Origin: Alphaproteobacteria bacterium
Lineage (GTDB): Bacteria; Pseudomonadota; Alphaproteobacteria; MPNO01; UBA830
Direction: 5' to 3'
DNA length: 64,000 nt
NCBI GenBank assembly: GCA_965243135.1
Contig: OZ251539.1
Location: forward strand, 5,984,001-6,048,000
Shown here: positions 1 to 10,134 of the stretch, in pieces
Position numbering within the stretch: the first letter of the stretch is position 1
Layout of the letters: every line of letters begins with the position of its first letter
Notes under the pieces: generated by a model
The model's input: only the letters and a program-made list of their open reading frames with translations
Told to the model about the DNA's origin: nothing
Database searches by the model: none
Translations under genes and position numbers: made by a program

Positions 1-2
1 GC

Positions 3-977
3 GAGGAGCCGGGAGGCGCCAGAACGTGCTGCGCCGGGCGGGATATCGACGATGCGCGCCAGGTCGCCGAAACCGTCGGCATTCCCCACTACGTGCTCGA
101 TTACGAATCCCGTTTCCGGACGGACGTCGTCGAGGCCTTCGCCGACAGTTACGCGCGGGGGGAGACGCCCGTTCCGTGCGTGTCTTGCAACCAGACGGTC
201 AAGTTCCGCGACCTCCTCGAGACCGCGCGCGGCCTCGGAGCGGACGCGCTTGCGACCGGCCACTACGTCCGGCGCGTCGACGGCGCCGGCGGTCCCGAAT
301 TGCGGCGCGCGGCCGACCGCGGCCGGGATCAGAGTTACTTCCTGTTCGCGACCACGCCCGCGCAGATCGAATACCTGCGATTTCCGCTGGGCGGCATGAC
401 CAAGGACGAGGTGCGCGGCCATGCCGGACGCCTCGGCCTGCCGGTGGTCGCCAAGCCCGACAGCCAGGACATCTGCTTCGTTCCCGGCCGGGACTACGGC
501 GAGGTCGTGCGCCGGATCAGGCCGGGCGCGATCGATCCCGGCGACATCGTCCATGTCGACGGGCGGGTGCTCGGCCGCCACGACGGCATCGTCGACTTCA
601 CGGTCGGCCAGCGGCGCGGCCTCGGGCTCGGCGGCGCCGACGGTCGACTTTACGTCGTTCGGATCGAGCCCGAGGCAAGGCGCGTGGTGGTTGGCCCGGC
701 CTCCGCTCTCGGGAGGGATGCGTTCTCGCTCGGAGGCGTCAACTGGCTTGGCGCCTCAGCGGGAGCCGACGGCGTTCGCGTGAACGTCAAGCTGCGCTCG
801 ATGCAGACGCCGGAGCCGGCCGCGGTTCGCCTGCAGGACGACGGGCGGGCGCGGGTGACGCTCGATCGACCCGCGCGGGCGGTCGCGCCCGGACAGGCCT
901 GCGTCTTCTATGACGGCGACCGATTATTGGGCGGCGGCTGGATCCTGCGCGAAAGCTCGTCCGCGCCGGACGGCTGA
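3..977 (+). CDS. mnmA: tRNA-specific 2-thiouridylase MnmA (5'-truncated by window edge)
   Basis: Frame open from position 3 (RTCCAGRDIDDARQVA..IPHYVLD); motifs PCVSCN, ATGHY, DQSYFL, KPDSQDICF, FTVGQRRGLG, PGQACVFY. Confidence 0.97.
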   Translation, partial: EEPGGARTCCAGRDIDDARQVAETVGIPHYVLDYESRFRTDVVEAFADSYARGETPVPCVSCNQTVKFRDLLETARGLGADALATGHYVRRVDGAGGPELRRAADRGRDQSYFLFATTPAQIEYLRFPLGGMTKDEVRGHAGRLGLPVVAKPDSQDICFVPGRDYGEVVRRIRPGAIDPGDIVHVDGRVLGRHDGIVDFTVGQRRGLGLGGADGRLYVVRIEPEARRVVVGPASALGRDAFSLGGVNWLGASAGADGVRVNVKLRSMQTPEPAAVRLQDDGRARVTLDRPARAVAPGQACVFYDGDRLLGGGWILRESSSAPDG

Positions 978-998
978 GCCGTCCCGGAGCGAAGCCCG

Positions 999-3900
999 TC
1001 ACCCGGCGGGCTGCAGCGCCGCCGCGCTCGCCTTGCGCTGGCGGCGGCGCTCGATCACGCCGACCGTGATCGACATCATCGGCGGGACGATCGCCATGGT
1101 GAGCACGGCCGACAGCGACAGCCCGCCCAGCACGACCGATCCGAGTCCGCGATAGAGTTCGGATCCCGCGCCCGGGAACACGACCAGCGGCAGCATTCCG
1201 AACACCGAAGTGAGCGTCGACATGAATATCGGCCGGATGCGGTTCCGCGTCGCCGTTTCGATGGCGCTGTTCACGTCCGAACCGTCCACCCGGATGTGAT
1301 GCAGCGTCTGGTGAACGAGCAGGATCGCGTTGTTCACCACGATGCCGACCAGGATCACGAAACCGAGCATCGTCAGCATGTCGAGAGGCTGGTTGACGTA
1401 GGTGTTGAGCAGCGCGAGCCCGCCCAGGCCTCCGGCCGCGGCGACCGGGACGGAAAGCATGACCACCCACGGGTAGAGAAAGCTCTCGAACAGCACCGCC
1501 ATCACCAGATAGACGATGACCAGGGCGATCATCAGGTCGAGGACGATATGGTTCCAGGTCGCGACCAGCTTGTCGGCGCTGCCCGACAGCCTGACGCGCA
1601 CGCCTTCGGGAAGGCCCTTCTCGCGCAACGGCGCCAACACCTTTTCTTCCAGAACGTCCATGGCCTGCTGCAGCGGCATGGTGCGCTGCGGACTGACCTG
1701 GATGGTCATGGTTCGCGAGCGGTCGATGCGCTGGATCTCCGTCGGGCCCATGGTTTCGGCCACGTTCGCGAGGCTGTCGACCGTGACGATGCGGCCGTCC
1801 GAAGTCACTACCGGCAGCGAGCGGATCCCCTGCGTGGCCTCCTTCTCCGGTTCGGGCCCCTTCAGGGTGAGGTCGATCCGCTTTCCGTCCACGGTCACTT
1901 CGGCGACGCGAACCCCGTCGTTGAAGACGTCGACCGCTTCGCCCAGTTCGCGCGCCGAAAGGCCGTTGTCGGCGAGCCGTATGCGGTCCGGAACGATCCT
2001 GACCTCCGGTTCCCCCAGAGTCAGGGCCGGGCGCGGGCGCGCCCGGTGCCCTTCGCGGGGCGGCAGCGCGCTGCGGGTCGCGAAGAAGATTTCGCGGCCG
2101 ACGTCGTAGATCGTCTCCAGGTCGGGCCCTGCGATCTCGAGATCGATGGACCGTCCGGATCCGATCGAGCGCCCGAACAGGGACGGCTGGAAGAAGAAGG
2201 CCAGCACGCCCGGTTCCCGCCGCGCGGGCGTCTGCAGAAGCGGGATCAGCTCCTGCGCCTTGTGCGGGTCGACGTGGGTCGCTCCCATGAACATGCGTCC
2301 GAGAAGCGCGACATAGAAGAAGCGGTCTATCTTGCGATCGTCCGGCGGGTTCGCTTCCGCGGCCGGGCCGCGCGACCAGTACGGCTTCGTGGCCTCGGCG
2401 ACGCGCTCCGCGATCTCGACGTTGGTGTCGAGATTGTATCCCGCAGGCGGCTGGATGAAGCCGATCACGAAGTTGCGATTGCCCGTCGGCAGATAGTCCA
2501 GCTTGGGCATGATGGCGACCGCCGTCGTCGCCGCCGCGGCGATGATGCCTCCCACCAGCACGAGCGCCACGATCTTGTAGCGCGCGACGAGGCGCGCGTA
2601 GCCCGTCCAGAGATTGACGAAACCGTGCGACAGGGGGTCGATCACCGGCAGGCGCACGCGGAAATCCTTCCGGTCGATGCGGCCGCCCAGCAACCCCTTG
2701 GAAAGGGCCGGAATCAGAGTGACGGAGACCAGGAGCGACAGCATGACGGAGACCGAAATCGCGACGGCGATGTCGCGGAACAGCTGGCCCACTTCAAGGT
2801 CCATGATCAGGATCGGAATGAAAACCATGACGGTCGTGAGGGCGGAAACGAGCACGGCGGGCCACACCTGCTGCGCGCCGTAATAGGCCGCCTCCGTTCG
2901 GGACCGTCCCTCCTGACGCATCCGGAAAATGTTTTCGAGCACCACGATGGCGGCGTCGACCACCATGCCGACGGCGAAAGCGATTCCGGCGAGGCTGACG
3001 ACGTTGAGGGATCGGCCGAGCATGGCCATGGCGACGAACGAACCGACCACCGACACCGGGATCGACATCGCGATCACGACCGTCGGCCGCCAGGACCTGA
3101 GGAAGATCATCAGGACGATGATCGCGAGGATGCCCCCGATGTATATGTTCTGGATCACGAGGTCGATCGACGAGTTGATGTATTCCGTCTCGTCGTAGAC
3201 CTGCTCCACCAAAAGCCCTTGACGCTTCAGCGGTCCGTCGGCGAGTTCCTTTATGGCCTGCCGCACCTCGACCATGGTCTTGATCACGTTCGCGCCCTGC
3301 TCGCGCGAGATGTTGAAGGCGAGGCCCGACTGCCCCAGTTGGCGGAGCCGCGCCTGCGCCTTCTTGTAGCCGAGCGATACCGCGCCGATGTCCCGCACCA
3401 CCACGCGCCCGACGCCGCCGCCGTTTCGGTTCGAGCGCAGCACCACGTCCTCGACCATTCGCGCCGTGTTCAGATCGCCTTCCGTCCGGACCACGTAGCG
3501 GCGCTTCCCCTCTTCCACGTCCCCGCCGGTGACGGACGAGTTAGCGGCGCGCAATCGCCGCAGAACCTCCCCGACCGTCATGCCGTAGCGCGCGAGCGCC
3601 TGCGGGGTGACGGTCAGGGTCATCTCTCGCGGCGTGTCCCCGAAGATGTTGACGCCCGCGACTCCCTCGATCCGCTCGATTCGTTCCTGCACGACGTTGA
3701 TGAGGAAATCGCCGTAGGCGGTCATGTCCCGGTTTTCGCCGTCGGTCGGCGTCAGCACGAACCACGCGATCGCGTTGTCCTCCGTGCCGGAGGTCGAGAG
3801 CACGGGTTCGTTGGCTTCCTCGGGATATCCGGCGACGCGGTCGAGGCGGTTGGCGACCAGCAGCAGGGCCCGGTTGAATTCGACGCCGGGCGAGAATTCG

Positions 3901-4178
3901 AGGGTGATGACCGAGCGATTGCGCTGCGCCCGCGACTTCATCTTGCGGACGCCTTCCAGCCCCTTCAGTTCGTCTTCCTGCGGGTTGACGATCTCGCGTT
4001 CGATTTCGGCCGGCGCCGCGCCGCGCCACGTGGTCGTGACGTTGATGATCGGTTGCCGGACGTCGGGAGCCATCTGGATGGGAATGCGCTGCAGCGCGAC
4101 GTATCCGAAGAGGATGATCATCAGCACGAGCGCGACCACCGCTATCGGGCGGTCGATGGAGAGACGGATGACGTTCAT
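999..4178 (-). CDS. RND efflux transporter permease (AcrB/AcrD/AcrF family)
   Basis: Real start MNVIRLSIDRPIAVV at 4178 (ATGA overlap with upstream adaptor); GMVVDAAIVVLENI, GIVVNNAILLV, RIRPIFMSTLT; ~1060 aa. Confidence 0.95.
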   Translation of the reverse strand: MNVIRLSIDRPIAVVALVLMIILFGYVALQRIPIQMAPDVRQPIINVTTTWRGAAPAEIEREIVNPQEDELKGLEGVRKMKSRAQRNRSVITLEFSPGVEFNRALLLVANRLDRVAGYPEEANEPVLSTSGTEDNAIAWFVLTPTDGENRDMTAYGDFLINVVQERIERIEGVAGVNIFGDTPREMTLTVTPQALARYGMTVGEVLRRLRAANSSVTGGDVEEGKRRYVVRTEGDLNTARMVEDVVLRSNRNGGGVGRVVVRDIGAVSLGYKKAQARLRQLGQSGLAFNISREQGANVIKTMVEVRQAIKELADGPLKRQGLLVEQVYDETEYINSSIDLVIQNIYIGGILAIIVLMIFLRSWRPTVVIAMSIPVSVVGSFVAMAMLGRSLNVVSLAGIAFAVGMVVDAAIVVLENIFRMRQEGRSRTEAAYYGAQQVWPAVLVSALTTVMVFIPILIMDLEVGQLFRDIAVAISVSVMLSLLVSVTLIPALSKGLLGGRIDRKDFRVRLPVIDPLSHGFVNLWTGYARLVARYKIVALVLVGGIIAAAATTAVAIMPKLDYLPTGNRNFVIGFIQPPAGYNLDTNVEIAERVAEATKPYWSRGPAAEANPPDDRKIDRFFYVALLGRMFMGATHVDPHKAQELIPLLQTPARREPGVLAFFFQPSLFGRSIGSGRSIDLEIAGPDLETIYDVGREIFFATRSALPPREGHRARPRPALTLGEPEVRIVPDRIRLADNGLSARELGEAVDVFNDGVRVAEVTVDGKRIDLTLKGPEPEKEATQGIRSLPVVTSDGRIVTVDSLANVAETMGPTEIQRIDRSRTMTIQVSPQRTMPLQQAMDVLEEKVLAPLREKGLPEGVRVRLSGSADKLVATWNHIVLDLMIALVIVYLVMAVLFESFLYPWVVMLSVPVAAAGGLGGLALLNTYVNQPLDMLTMLGFVILVGIVVNNAILLVHQTLHHIRVDGSDVNSAIETATRNRIRPIFMSTLTSVFGMLPLVVFPGAGSELYRGLGSVVLGGLSLSAVLTMAIVPPMMSITVGVIERRRQRKASAAALQPAG

Positions 4179-5950
4179 TTGGCCCTGGCGGTGCGCTGCC
4201 TGTCCTGGAGCACGCGAATGTTCGATCCCGGCGGAAGCGCTTCGTTCCCGTGAGTGACCACCTGGTCGCCGGGCCGGAGGCCGGACAGGACGACGTAGCG
4301 GTTGCCGACCGCTTCGCCGAGCTGGACCTGACGGGGAAACGCCTTGCCGTTCCGAGCCAGATAGACCATGCGGTTCGCGCCACTGTGCACGATCGCGTCC
4401 TTGTGGACGGTCACGGCCTGGCGAGCCTTGCCGACGGGCACGAGCACCGTAACGCTCTGGTTCACGGCGAGCTGCGCCGTTCCGTCGCCGAAACGCGGCA
4501 TGAAGCGCACGGGCCGCGTCCGGGTCCGCAGGTTTTCGAACGGCACGACCGAGCGGACGGTGGCTTCGTGGATCGTGCCGTCGTCGAGCCGGAAGCGGAC
4601 GGAGGACCCTGCGACGAGCCCCGATATCCGGTCGGACGGCACTTCCGCCTCCACCTCGATGTCTTCGTCGTTTATCAACGAAACGACCCGCGCGCCCATG
4701 TTGACGTAAGCGCCGACTTCCGTGTGCTTGAGGCTGACCACCCCGTCGTATGGCGCGAGAATCCGGGCGTTTTGCAGGTCTATGCTGGCGCGTTGGAGGT
4801 CGGCTTCCGCCTCCTTGAGCTGCGACCGCCGTTCCTCGATCGCCGCCTTGCGGGCCTCCGCGTCGCGTTGGAGATCTTCGAACCGGGCGCGGGAGAACGC
4901 CGAAGAGCGGCGGAGGTTCTCCATTCTCGCTAGTTCCTGAGCCGTCCTCGCGTATTGGGCCTGCGCCGTCCGGACCATGGCGCGGCGCGTCGCCACGGCG
5001 GCCTGGTACTTGTCGCGCGCGGCGGTCAGCCGCTCCCGGGCCAGCGTCGCGATCACGTCGCCCTTCTTCACGCGGTCGCCGATCTCGGCGTTGATTTCGG
5101 ACATTGCGCCGTTGATGCGCGCGGCGACGTCGCCCGCGCGCAGCGAGACCAGCCGTCCCATGATCGGGACGGTCTGGGAAAGTGGTTCCGTTACGACGGC
5201 GTCCACCCGGACCGATTTCGGCGGCGGGCCGCGCCGTTCCGAAGAGGCGGCGTTGCCGGACGCGGCTGCGGAAGGCGCGGCCGCCGCCGCGGCTTGCGGG
5301 CAGCCGGCCCCGGAGAAGAAGCCGCGGATTTCGCCGCCGTCGAGGGAGCCGGACTTGTCGCAGTCCATCTCGTCGAAATTGGCCGCCAGCGGGCCGCCGG
5401 CCTCGTCGCGGTCGATGACGCCGTTGCCGTTCGCGTCGGCGGCCTTCGCGCGTCCGGACAGCGGCGGCGGGGCGGCTGGCGCGGCCGCCGCCGCGGCTTG
5501 CGGGCAGCCGGCTCCGGAGAAGAAGCCGCGGATTTCGCCGCCGTCGAGGGAGCCGGACTTGTCGCAGTCCATCTCGTCGAAATTGGCCGCCAGCGGGCCG
5601 CCGGCCTCGTCGCGGTCGATGACGCCGTTGCCGTTCGCGTCGGCGGCCTTCGCGCGTCCGGACAGCGGCGGCGGGGCGGCGGGCGGGGCCGCCGTTGCGG
5701 TCTGCGGGCAGCCGGCTCCGGAGAAGAAGCCGCGGATTTCGCCGCCGTCGAGGGAGCCGGACTTGTCGCAGTCCATCTCGTCGAAATTGGCCGCCAGCGG
5801 GCCGCGGGCCTCGCCGCGGTCGATGACGCCGTTGCCGTTCGCGTCGGCGGCCTTCGCGCGTCCTGACAGTTCCTGGCCGTTCGCCGCGGCGGCGAAGATC
5901 ATGCAAAGAAGGCCCGCAGCCGCGGGGATGCGCTTGAAAATCGGTTTCAT
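4175..5950 (-). CDS. RND periplasmic adaptor (membrane fusion protein) with N-terminal triple EF-hand-pair repeat
   Basis: Signal-peptide-like N-terminus; lipoyl-like motifs GDRVKKGDVIA and ILAPYDGVV, coiled-coil hairpin, C-terminal GLRPGDQVVTHG; three DxNxNGxIDxxE / DxDxSGxLDxxE units. Confidence 0.92.
   Translation of the reverse strand: MKPIFKRIPAAAGLLCMIFAAAANGQELSGRAKAADANGNGVIDRGEARGPLAANFDEMDCDKSGSLDGGEIRGFFSGAGCPQTATAAPPAAPPPLSGRAKAADANGNGVIDRDEAGGPLAANFDEMDCDKSGSLDGGEIRGFFSGAGCPQAAAAAAPAAPPPLSGRAKAADANGNGVIDRDEAGGPLAANFDEMDCDKSGSLDGGEIRGFFSGAGCPQAAAAAAPSAAASGNAASSERRGPPPKSVRVDAVVTEPLSQTVPIMGRLVSLRAGDVAARINGAMSEINAEIGDRVKKGDVIATLARERLTAARDKYQAAVATRRAMVRTAQAQYARTAQELARMENLRRSSAFSRARFEDLQRDAEARKAAIEERRSQLKEAEADLQRASIDLQNARILAPYDGVVSLKHTEVGAYVNMGARVVSLINDEDIEVEAEVPSDRISGLVAGSSVRFRLDDGTIHEATVRSVVPFENLRTRTRPVRFMPRFGDGTAQLAVNQSVTVLVPVGKARQAVTVHKDAIVHSGANRMVYLARNGKAFPRQVQLGEAVGNRYVVLSGLRPGDQVVTHGNEALPPGSNIRVLQDRQRTARAK
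5296..5869. repeat. Three tandem near-identical 204-bp (68-codon) coding repeats
   Basis: Units begin at 5296, 5500 and 5704 (+ strand gcgggcagccggc...cgcgcgtcc.gacag); differences mostly in the Ala/Pro linker. Confidence 0.95.
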
Positions 5951-6036
5951 CGGTTCCGACCGCCGGGAATGGAAACGTCCACGAGATTCACGGATTCGTT
6001 CGCCGTTTTCCGTCGCGGCCGGCTGCGGCGGCCGCC

Positions 6037-6378
6037 TCAGTTCGAGAGCTGGTCGAAGGCTTCGAGCGCCTGCGCGCCGTAGACCGCCGCCGGCCCGCCG
6101 CCCATTTCCAGCGCCACGGAGGCCGTTTCCGCGACCTCCTCGCGGCTTGCGCCCTTTCGGATGGCCTCGCGCACGTGGTAGTTGATGCAGCCCTCGCAGT
6201 GGACCGCGATTCCGATGGCCAGCGCCATCAGTTCCTTGGTCTTGCCGTCGAGCGCGCCGTCCCGGCCGACGGTTTCCATAAGGTTGCGAAAGGCGCGCAT
6301 GGCGTCGGGCGCGGCCTTGAAGAGTCCGGCCGCGCGATTGTCGACCTCCTTCGCGAATTGCTTGTGGTCGCTGGCCAT
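6037..6378 (-). CDS. Carboxymuconolactone decarboxylase / AhpD-like protein
   Basis: [33 protein letters not shown]; RBS aggaggag. Confidence 0.92.
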   Translation of the reverse strand: MASDHKQFAKEVDNRAAGLFKAAPDAMRAFRNLMETVGRDGALDGKTKELMALAIGIAVHCEGCINYHVREAIRKGASREEVAETASVALEMGGGPAAVYGAQALEAFDQLSN

Positions 6379-6424
6379 GGTGATCTCCTCCTTTGCGCTT
6401 CTTCGGTCGCCCGGCGCCGGGCGT

Positions 6425-8380
6425 TCAGACGTTCAGTTCCGGACGGTCCCTGAAATGGAGCAGCGCTTCGGGATTGGCAAGCGCCTCCGCGTTCGCGACC
6501 GCCCGTCCGTGGACGACGTCGCGGACCGCCAGTTCCGTGATCTTGCCGGATCGAGTGCGCGGTATGTCCGGGACGGCGAGAATGCGCGCCGGAACGTGCC
6601 GCGGCGAGCAATTCTTCCGGACGCGCTCGCGGATGCGCGCGTCGAGCGCGTCGTCCAGGGCCGCGCCGGCCGCCAGCCGTACGAACAGGACGACGCGCAC
6701 GTCGCTCTCCCAGTCCTGGGCGATGGCGAGGCCTTCCTCGATCTCCGGCATCTGTTCCACCTGCCGGTAGATTTCGGCGGTGCCGATCCTCACGCCGCCG
6801 GGATTGAGCACGGCGTCCGAGCGGCCGTATATGCGCATTCCTCCGTGCGCGGTGAACTCCGCGTAGTCGCCGTGGCACCACATGTTTTCGAACCGCGCGA
6901 AGTAAGCGTCCCGGTACTTCTCCCCGCCCGGATCGTTCCAGAATTTCACGGGCATGGAAGGGAACGGCGAGGCGCAGGCCAACTCGCCTTTCTCGCCGAC
7001 GACCGACCGTCCGCCGGCGTCGCAGACCCGGACGTCCATGCCGAGGCCCGGCGCCTGTATCTCGCCGCGCCGGACCGGGCCGTTCGGGTTGCCGAGCACG
7101 AAGCAGGACACGATGTCGGTGCCGCCCGAAATCGACGACAGGCAGACGTCGGATTTCACCGACCGGTAGACGTACTCGAAGCTCTCGTCGACCAGGGGCG
7201 ATCCGGTCGACAGCATCGTCCGCACGGTCGAGAGATCGTGCGACCGCGCGGGTTCCAGCCCGGCCTTCCTGATCGCGTCGATGTATTTCGCCGACGCCCC
7301 GAAATGCGTCATGCCGGCGGCGTCGGCGAAGTCGAACAGGGCTTCCGGGCCGGGATGGAAGGGCGATCCGTCGTAGAGCAGCAGGGTCGCCTCGCAGGCC
7401 AGCGCCGATGCCAGCCAGTTCCACATCATCCAGCCCAGGGTCGTGAAATAGAACGCGCGGTCGCCGCGGCGCACGTCCGTGTGCAGCAGGTGCTCCTTGA
7501 GGTGCTGGAGCAACGTGCCTCCGGCTCCGTGGACGATGCATTTGGGCGCGCCGGTGGTCCCCGAAGAGAACAGGACGTAGAGCGGATGGCCGAACGGAAG
7601 GCGGTTGAAGTCGATCTCGCGGGCCGGGTAGGGCGCGATGAACTCGCCGAGGCTCCGGGCGCCCGGCAGCGCCGACGCGTCCGGCGCGTCCGCGCCGTAG
7701 GGAACCACGACGCGAAGGCTGGCGGTCGGCAGCCGTTCCAGCGCTTCCGCCGCGCGTCCGAGCGCGTCGATCCAGCGGCCGCCGTAGAAGTAGCCGTCGG
7801 AGCAGAAAAACGCCTTCGGTTCGATCTGGCCGAAGCGGTCGACCACTCCGTTCGCCCCGAAATCCGGCGAGCACGACGACCAGACGGCGCCGACGCTGGC
7901 CGCGGCCAGCATTGCCGCGACCGCTTCCGGCAGATTCGGCAGATAGCCCGCGACGCGGTCGCCCTCCGAGATTCCGGCGGCCCGCAACGCGGCCGCGAGG
8001 CGGGAGACGAGATCGTGCAACTCGCGGAAGCTCGTCGATCTCGAGACCCGGTCTTCGCCGCGGAAGACGATCGCCGTGGCGTCGTCGCGCCGCCGCAGCA
8101 GATTCTCGGCGAAGTTCAGCCGCGCGTCCGGGAACCACTGCGCGCCGGGCATCAGGTCGCGGTCAAGCAGGACACGGGATCCCGGGCCGTCGCCGATCAC
8201 CTTTCCGAACGACCAGACGGACTGCCAGAATTCTTCCCTGCGGGCGACCGACCACCGGTGCAGGTCGGCGTAGTCCGAAGCCGGGGCGCCCCAGCGGCCG
8301 CGCGCTTCGGTCTCGACGAAGCGCGTCAGCGCGGTCGCCGCGATTCGTTCGTCGGAAGGTCGCCAGAGCGGATCCGCCAA
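6425..8380 (-). CDS. Acetoacetate--CoA ligase
   Basis: TTG start after GGAGGAGG; [60 protein letters not shown]. Confidence 0.95.
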   Translation of the reverse strand: MADPLWRPSDERIAATALTRFVETEARGRWGAPASDYADLHRWSVARREEFWQSVWSFGKVIGDGPGSRVLLDRDLMPGAQWFPDARLNFAENLLRRRDDATAIVFRGEDRVSRSTSFRELHDLVSRLAAALRAAGISEGDRVAGYLPNLPEAVAAMLAAASVGAVWSSCSPDFGANGVVDRFGQIEPKAFFCSDGYFYGGRWIDALGRAAEALERLPTASLRVVVPYGADAPDASALPGARSLGEFIAPYPAREIDFNRLPFGHPLYVLFSSGTTGAPKCIVHGAGGTLLQHLKEHLLHTDVRRGDRAFYFTTLGWMMWNWLASALACEATLLLYDGSPFHPGPEALFDFADAAGMTHFGASAKYIDAIRKAGLEPARSHDLSTVRTMLSTGSPLVDESFEYVYRSVKSDVCLSSISGGTDIVSCFVLGNPNGPVRRGEIQAPGLGMDVRVCDAGGRSVVGEKGELACASPFPSMPVKFWNDPGGEKYRDAYFARFENMWCHGDYAEFTAHGGMRIYGRSDAVLNPGGVRIGTAEIYRQVEQMPEIEEGLAIAQDWESDVRVVLFVRLAAGAALDDALDARIRERVRKNCSPRHVPARILAVPDIPRTRSGKITELAVRDVVHGRAVANAEALANPEALLHFRDRPELNV

Positions 8381-8431
8381 CGCCTCCTCCTTTCAAGCCT
8401 CGGAAGGCGACAATATCAGCTTGCGGCGCCG

Positions 8432-9217
8432 TCAGGAACGGCGGGAGACCGCCCGCGAAAGCAGCCGCGGCGACAGGCGTTTGAGGAGCGCGTATCGCCG
8501 CGCCGCGCCCCTGGCGATCAGCGTCTCGGGCCGTCCGGCGTGAACGGCGTCGAGAATCCGAGCGGCGCAGATCCCGGGATCCAGGCCCCGTTCGAGAAAC
8601 GAATCCATTTTCCGCCAGGGCGTTCCGTCGGCCGTCAGCGCGTTGCGCGAAATGTCGGTGCGCACCGGACCCGGCACGACGAGGGTCACCTTCACGCCCC
8701 GGCGTTCGACCTCCGCGCGAAGGGAATCGAACAGGCCATGGGCCGCGTGCTTGGCGGCGCAGTATCCGGAGCGTCCGGGAGAGCCGTATTTGCCCGCGAC
8801 GCTCGTGACTGCGACGATGTGGCCCGCGCCGCGTTCCATCATGTGGGGCAGCACAGCCTTTGTCAGCATCAACGGTCCGAAAAAGTTCACGTCCATGACG
8901 CGGCGAAAGACCGACAGGTCCGCGTCCGCGACGGCCGCGCGCTGCGTCAGCCCCGCGTTGTTGACCAGGATGTCTATGCGGCCGAGCAGTCCGAGCGCGG
9001 CGGCCGCGGCTTCCGGAACCGCCGCCTGGTCGGTCACGTCGAGCGGAATTACCGTCGTCCGCCCGCCGGGGCATGCGGCGGCGACGCGTTCGAGTTCCTC
9101 CCGCCTGCGGGCGGACAGCACGACGTGGGCCCGCTCCGCATGAAAGGCTCGGGCGAGCGCCTCGCCGATTCCCGAGGACGCGCCGGTGATCCAGACCGTC
9201 TTGTCGCGAAAACGCAT
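8432..9217 (-). CDS. Short-chain dehydrogenase/reductase
   Basis: ITGASSGIG, LVNNAG, catalytic YCAAK. Confidence 0.93.
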   Translation of the reverse strand: MRFRDKTVWITGASSGIGEALARAFHAERAHVVLSARRREELERVAAACPGGRTTVIPLDVTDQAAVPEAAAAALGLLGRIDILVNNAGLTQRAAVADADLSVFRRVMDVNFFGPLMLTKAVLPHMMERGAGHIVAVTSVAGKYGSPGRSGYCAAKHAAHGLFDSLRAEVERRGVKVTLVVPGPVRTDISRNALTADGTPWRKMDSFLERGLDPGICAARILDAVHAGRPETLIARGAARRYALLKRLSPRLLSRAVSRRS

Positions 9218-9249
9218 CGGCCTCCGGTTCAAGGTAGTTCGGACCGTTC

Positions 9250-10134
9250 ATGATCCCGCGTTCCACGTTTGCCCGTTTGCCGCGCTCCTGGCAAGGCGCG
9301 GCATGGATGACGCTCAGCGCCGTCATGTTCGCGGCGCAGGCCGGCGTCGTGCGCCATCTGTCGACGGATCTTCACTTTCTGGAGATATCGTTGTTCCGCG
9401 CCTTGTTCGGGGTCGTGATCATGCTGCCCTGGCTCGCGCGGGCCGGCGTCGGCGTGATGCGCACGCGCCATACCGGGCTGTACGTCGGCCGGGGGCTTTT
9501 CAGCACGGTGGCGATGTACGGCTGGTTCGGCGGCCTTTCGTTGATTCCGATCGCGGACGCGACCGCGATCTCGTTCACCTTCCCGCTGTTCATCGCGCTG
9601 TTCGCCGTGGTTCTGCTGAAGGAGCCCGCGCCCCTGGTTCGCTGGACGGCGCTTTGCGCGGGTTTCGCCGGAACGCTGGTCGTGGTCCGTCCGGGTTTTC
9701 AGGAAATCAACGCGGGCGTGTTCATGGTGATCGGCGCCGGGTTGTGCATCGCGTGCTCCGCCATGATCCTGAAGGTCACGTTGCGGACCGATTCGCCGGA
9801 CATAGCGGCGTTCTACCAATCGGTCTACATGCTGCCCCTCTGCGTGATCGGCGCCGCGCTCGTCTGGGTATGGCCGACGCCGGAGCAGTGGCTGTGGGGT
9901 TTCGTCCTCGGCGGCGCTTCGGCGACCGCGCAGCGCCTCTACTCCCGCGCCTTCGCGCTCGGAGACGCGGGCGCGGTGGCGCCGTTCGATTTCATGCGCC
10001 TGCCGTTCGCCGTCGCGATCGGCTTCGCGGCGTTCTCGGAACTGCCCGATTTCTGGACGGTGGCGGGCGCGACGATCATATTCGCCGCTTCGGCGGCGGC
10101 GGGCCGCGGCGAGGCGCGGAGAAAGGAGGAATGA
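9250..10134 (+). CDS. DMT/EamA family transporter
   Basis: ~10 hydrophobic segments; FFR-like SLFR, ISFTFPLF, VVRPG, APFDF. Confidence 0.9.
   Translation: MIPRSTFARLPRSWQGAAWMTLSAVMFAAQAGVVRHLSTDLHFLEISLFRALFGVVIMLPWLARAGVGVMRTRHTGLYVGRGLFSTVAMYGWFGGLSLIPIADATAISFTFPLFIALFAVVLLKEPAPLVRWTALCAGFAGTLVVVRPGFQEINAGVFMVIGAGLCIACSAMILKVTLRTDSPDIAAFYQSVYMLPLCVIGAALVWVWPTPEQWLWGFVLGGASATAQRLYSRAFALGDAGAVAPFDFMRLPFAVAIGFAAFSELPDFWTVAGATIIFAASAAAGRGEARRKEE

Noticed and set aside
5296-5869. CRISPR array
   Set aside because: The repeats are 204-bp in-frame coding units without unique spacers, and there are no cas genes in the window.
999-5906. 1635-aa ORF suggesting a giant RND fusion
   Set aside because: The N-terminal ~575 aa are an Arg-rich shadow frame over the adaptor gene; the real permease starts at 4178.
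6182-9253. Long antisense ORFs (e.g. 6182-9253, 1296-4253, 27824-30244, 36851-39106)
   Set aside because: They mirror well-supported genes on the opposite strand, as expected from high-GC codon bias.
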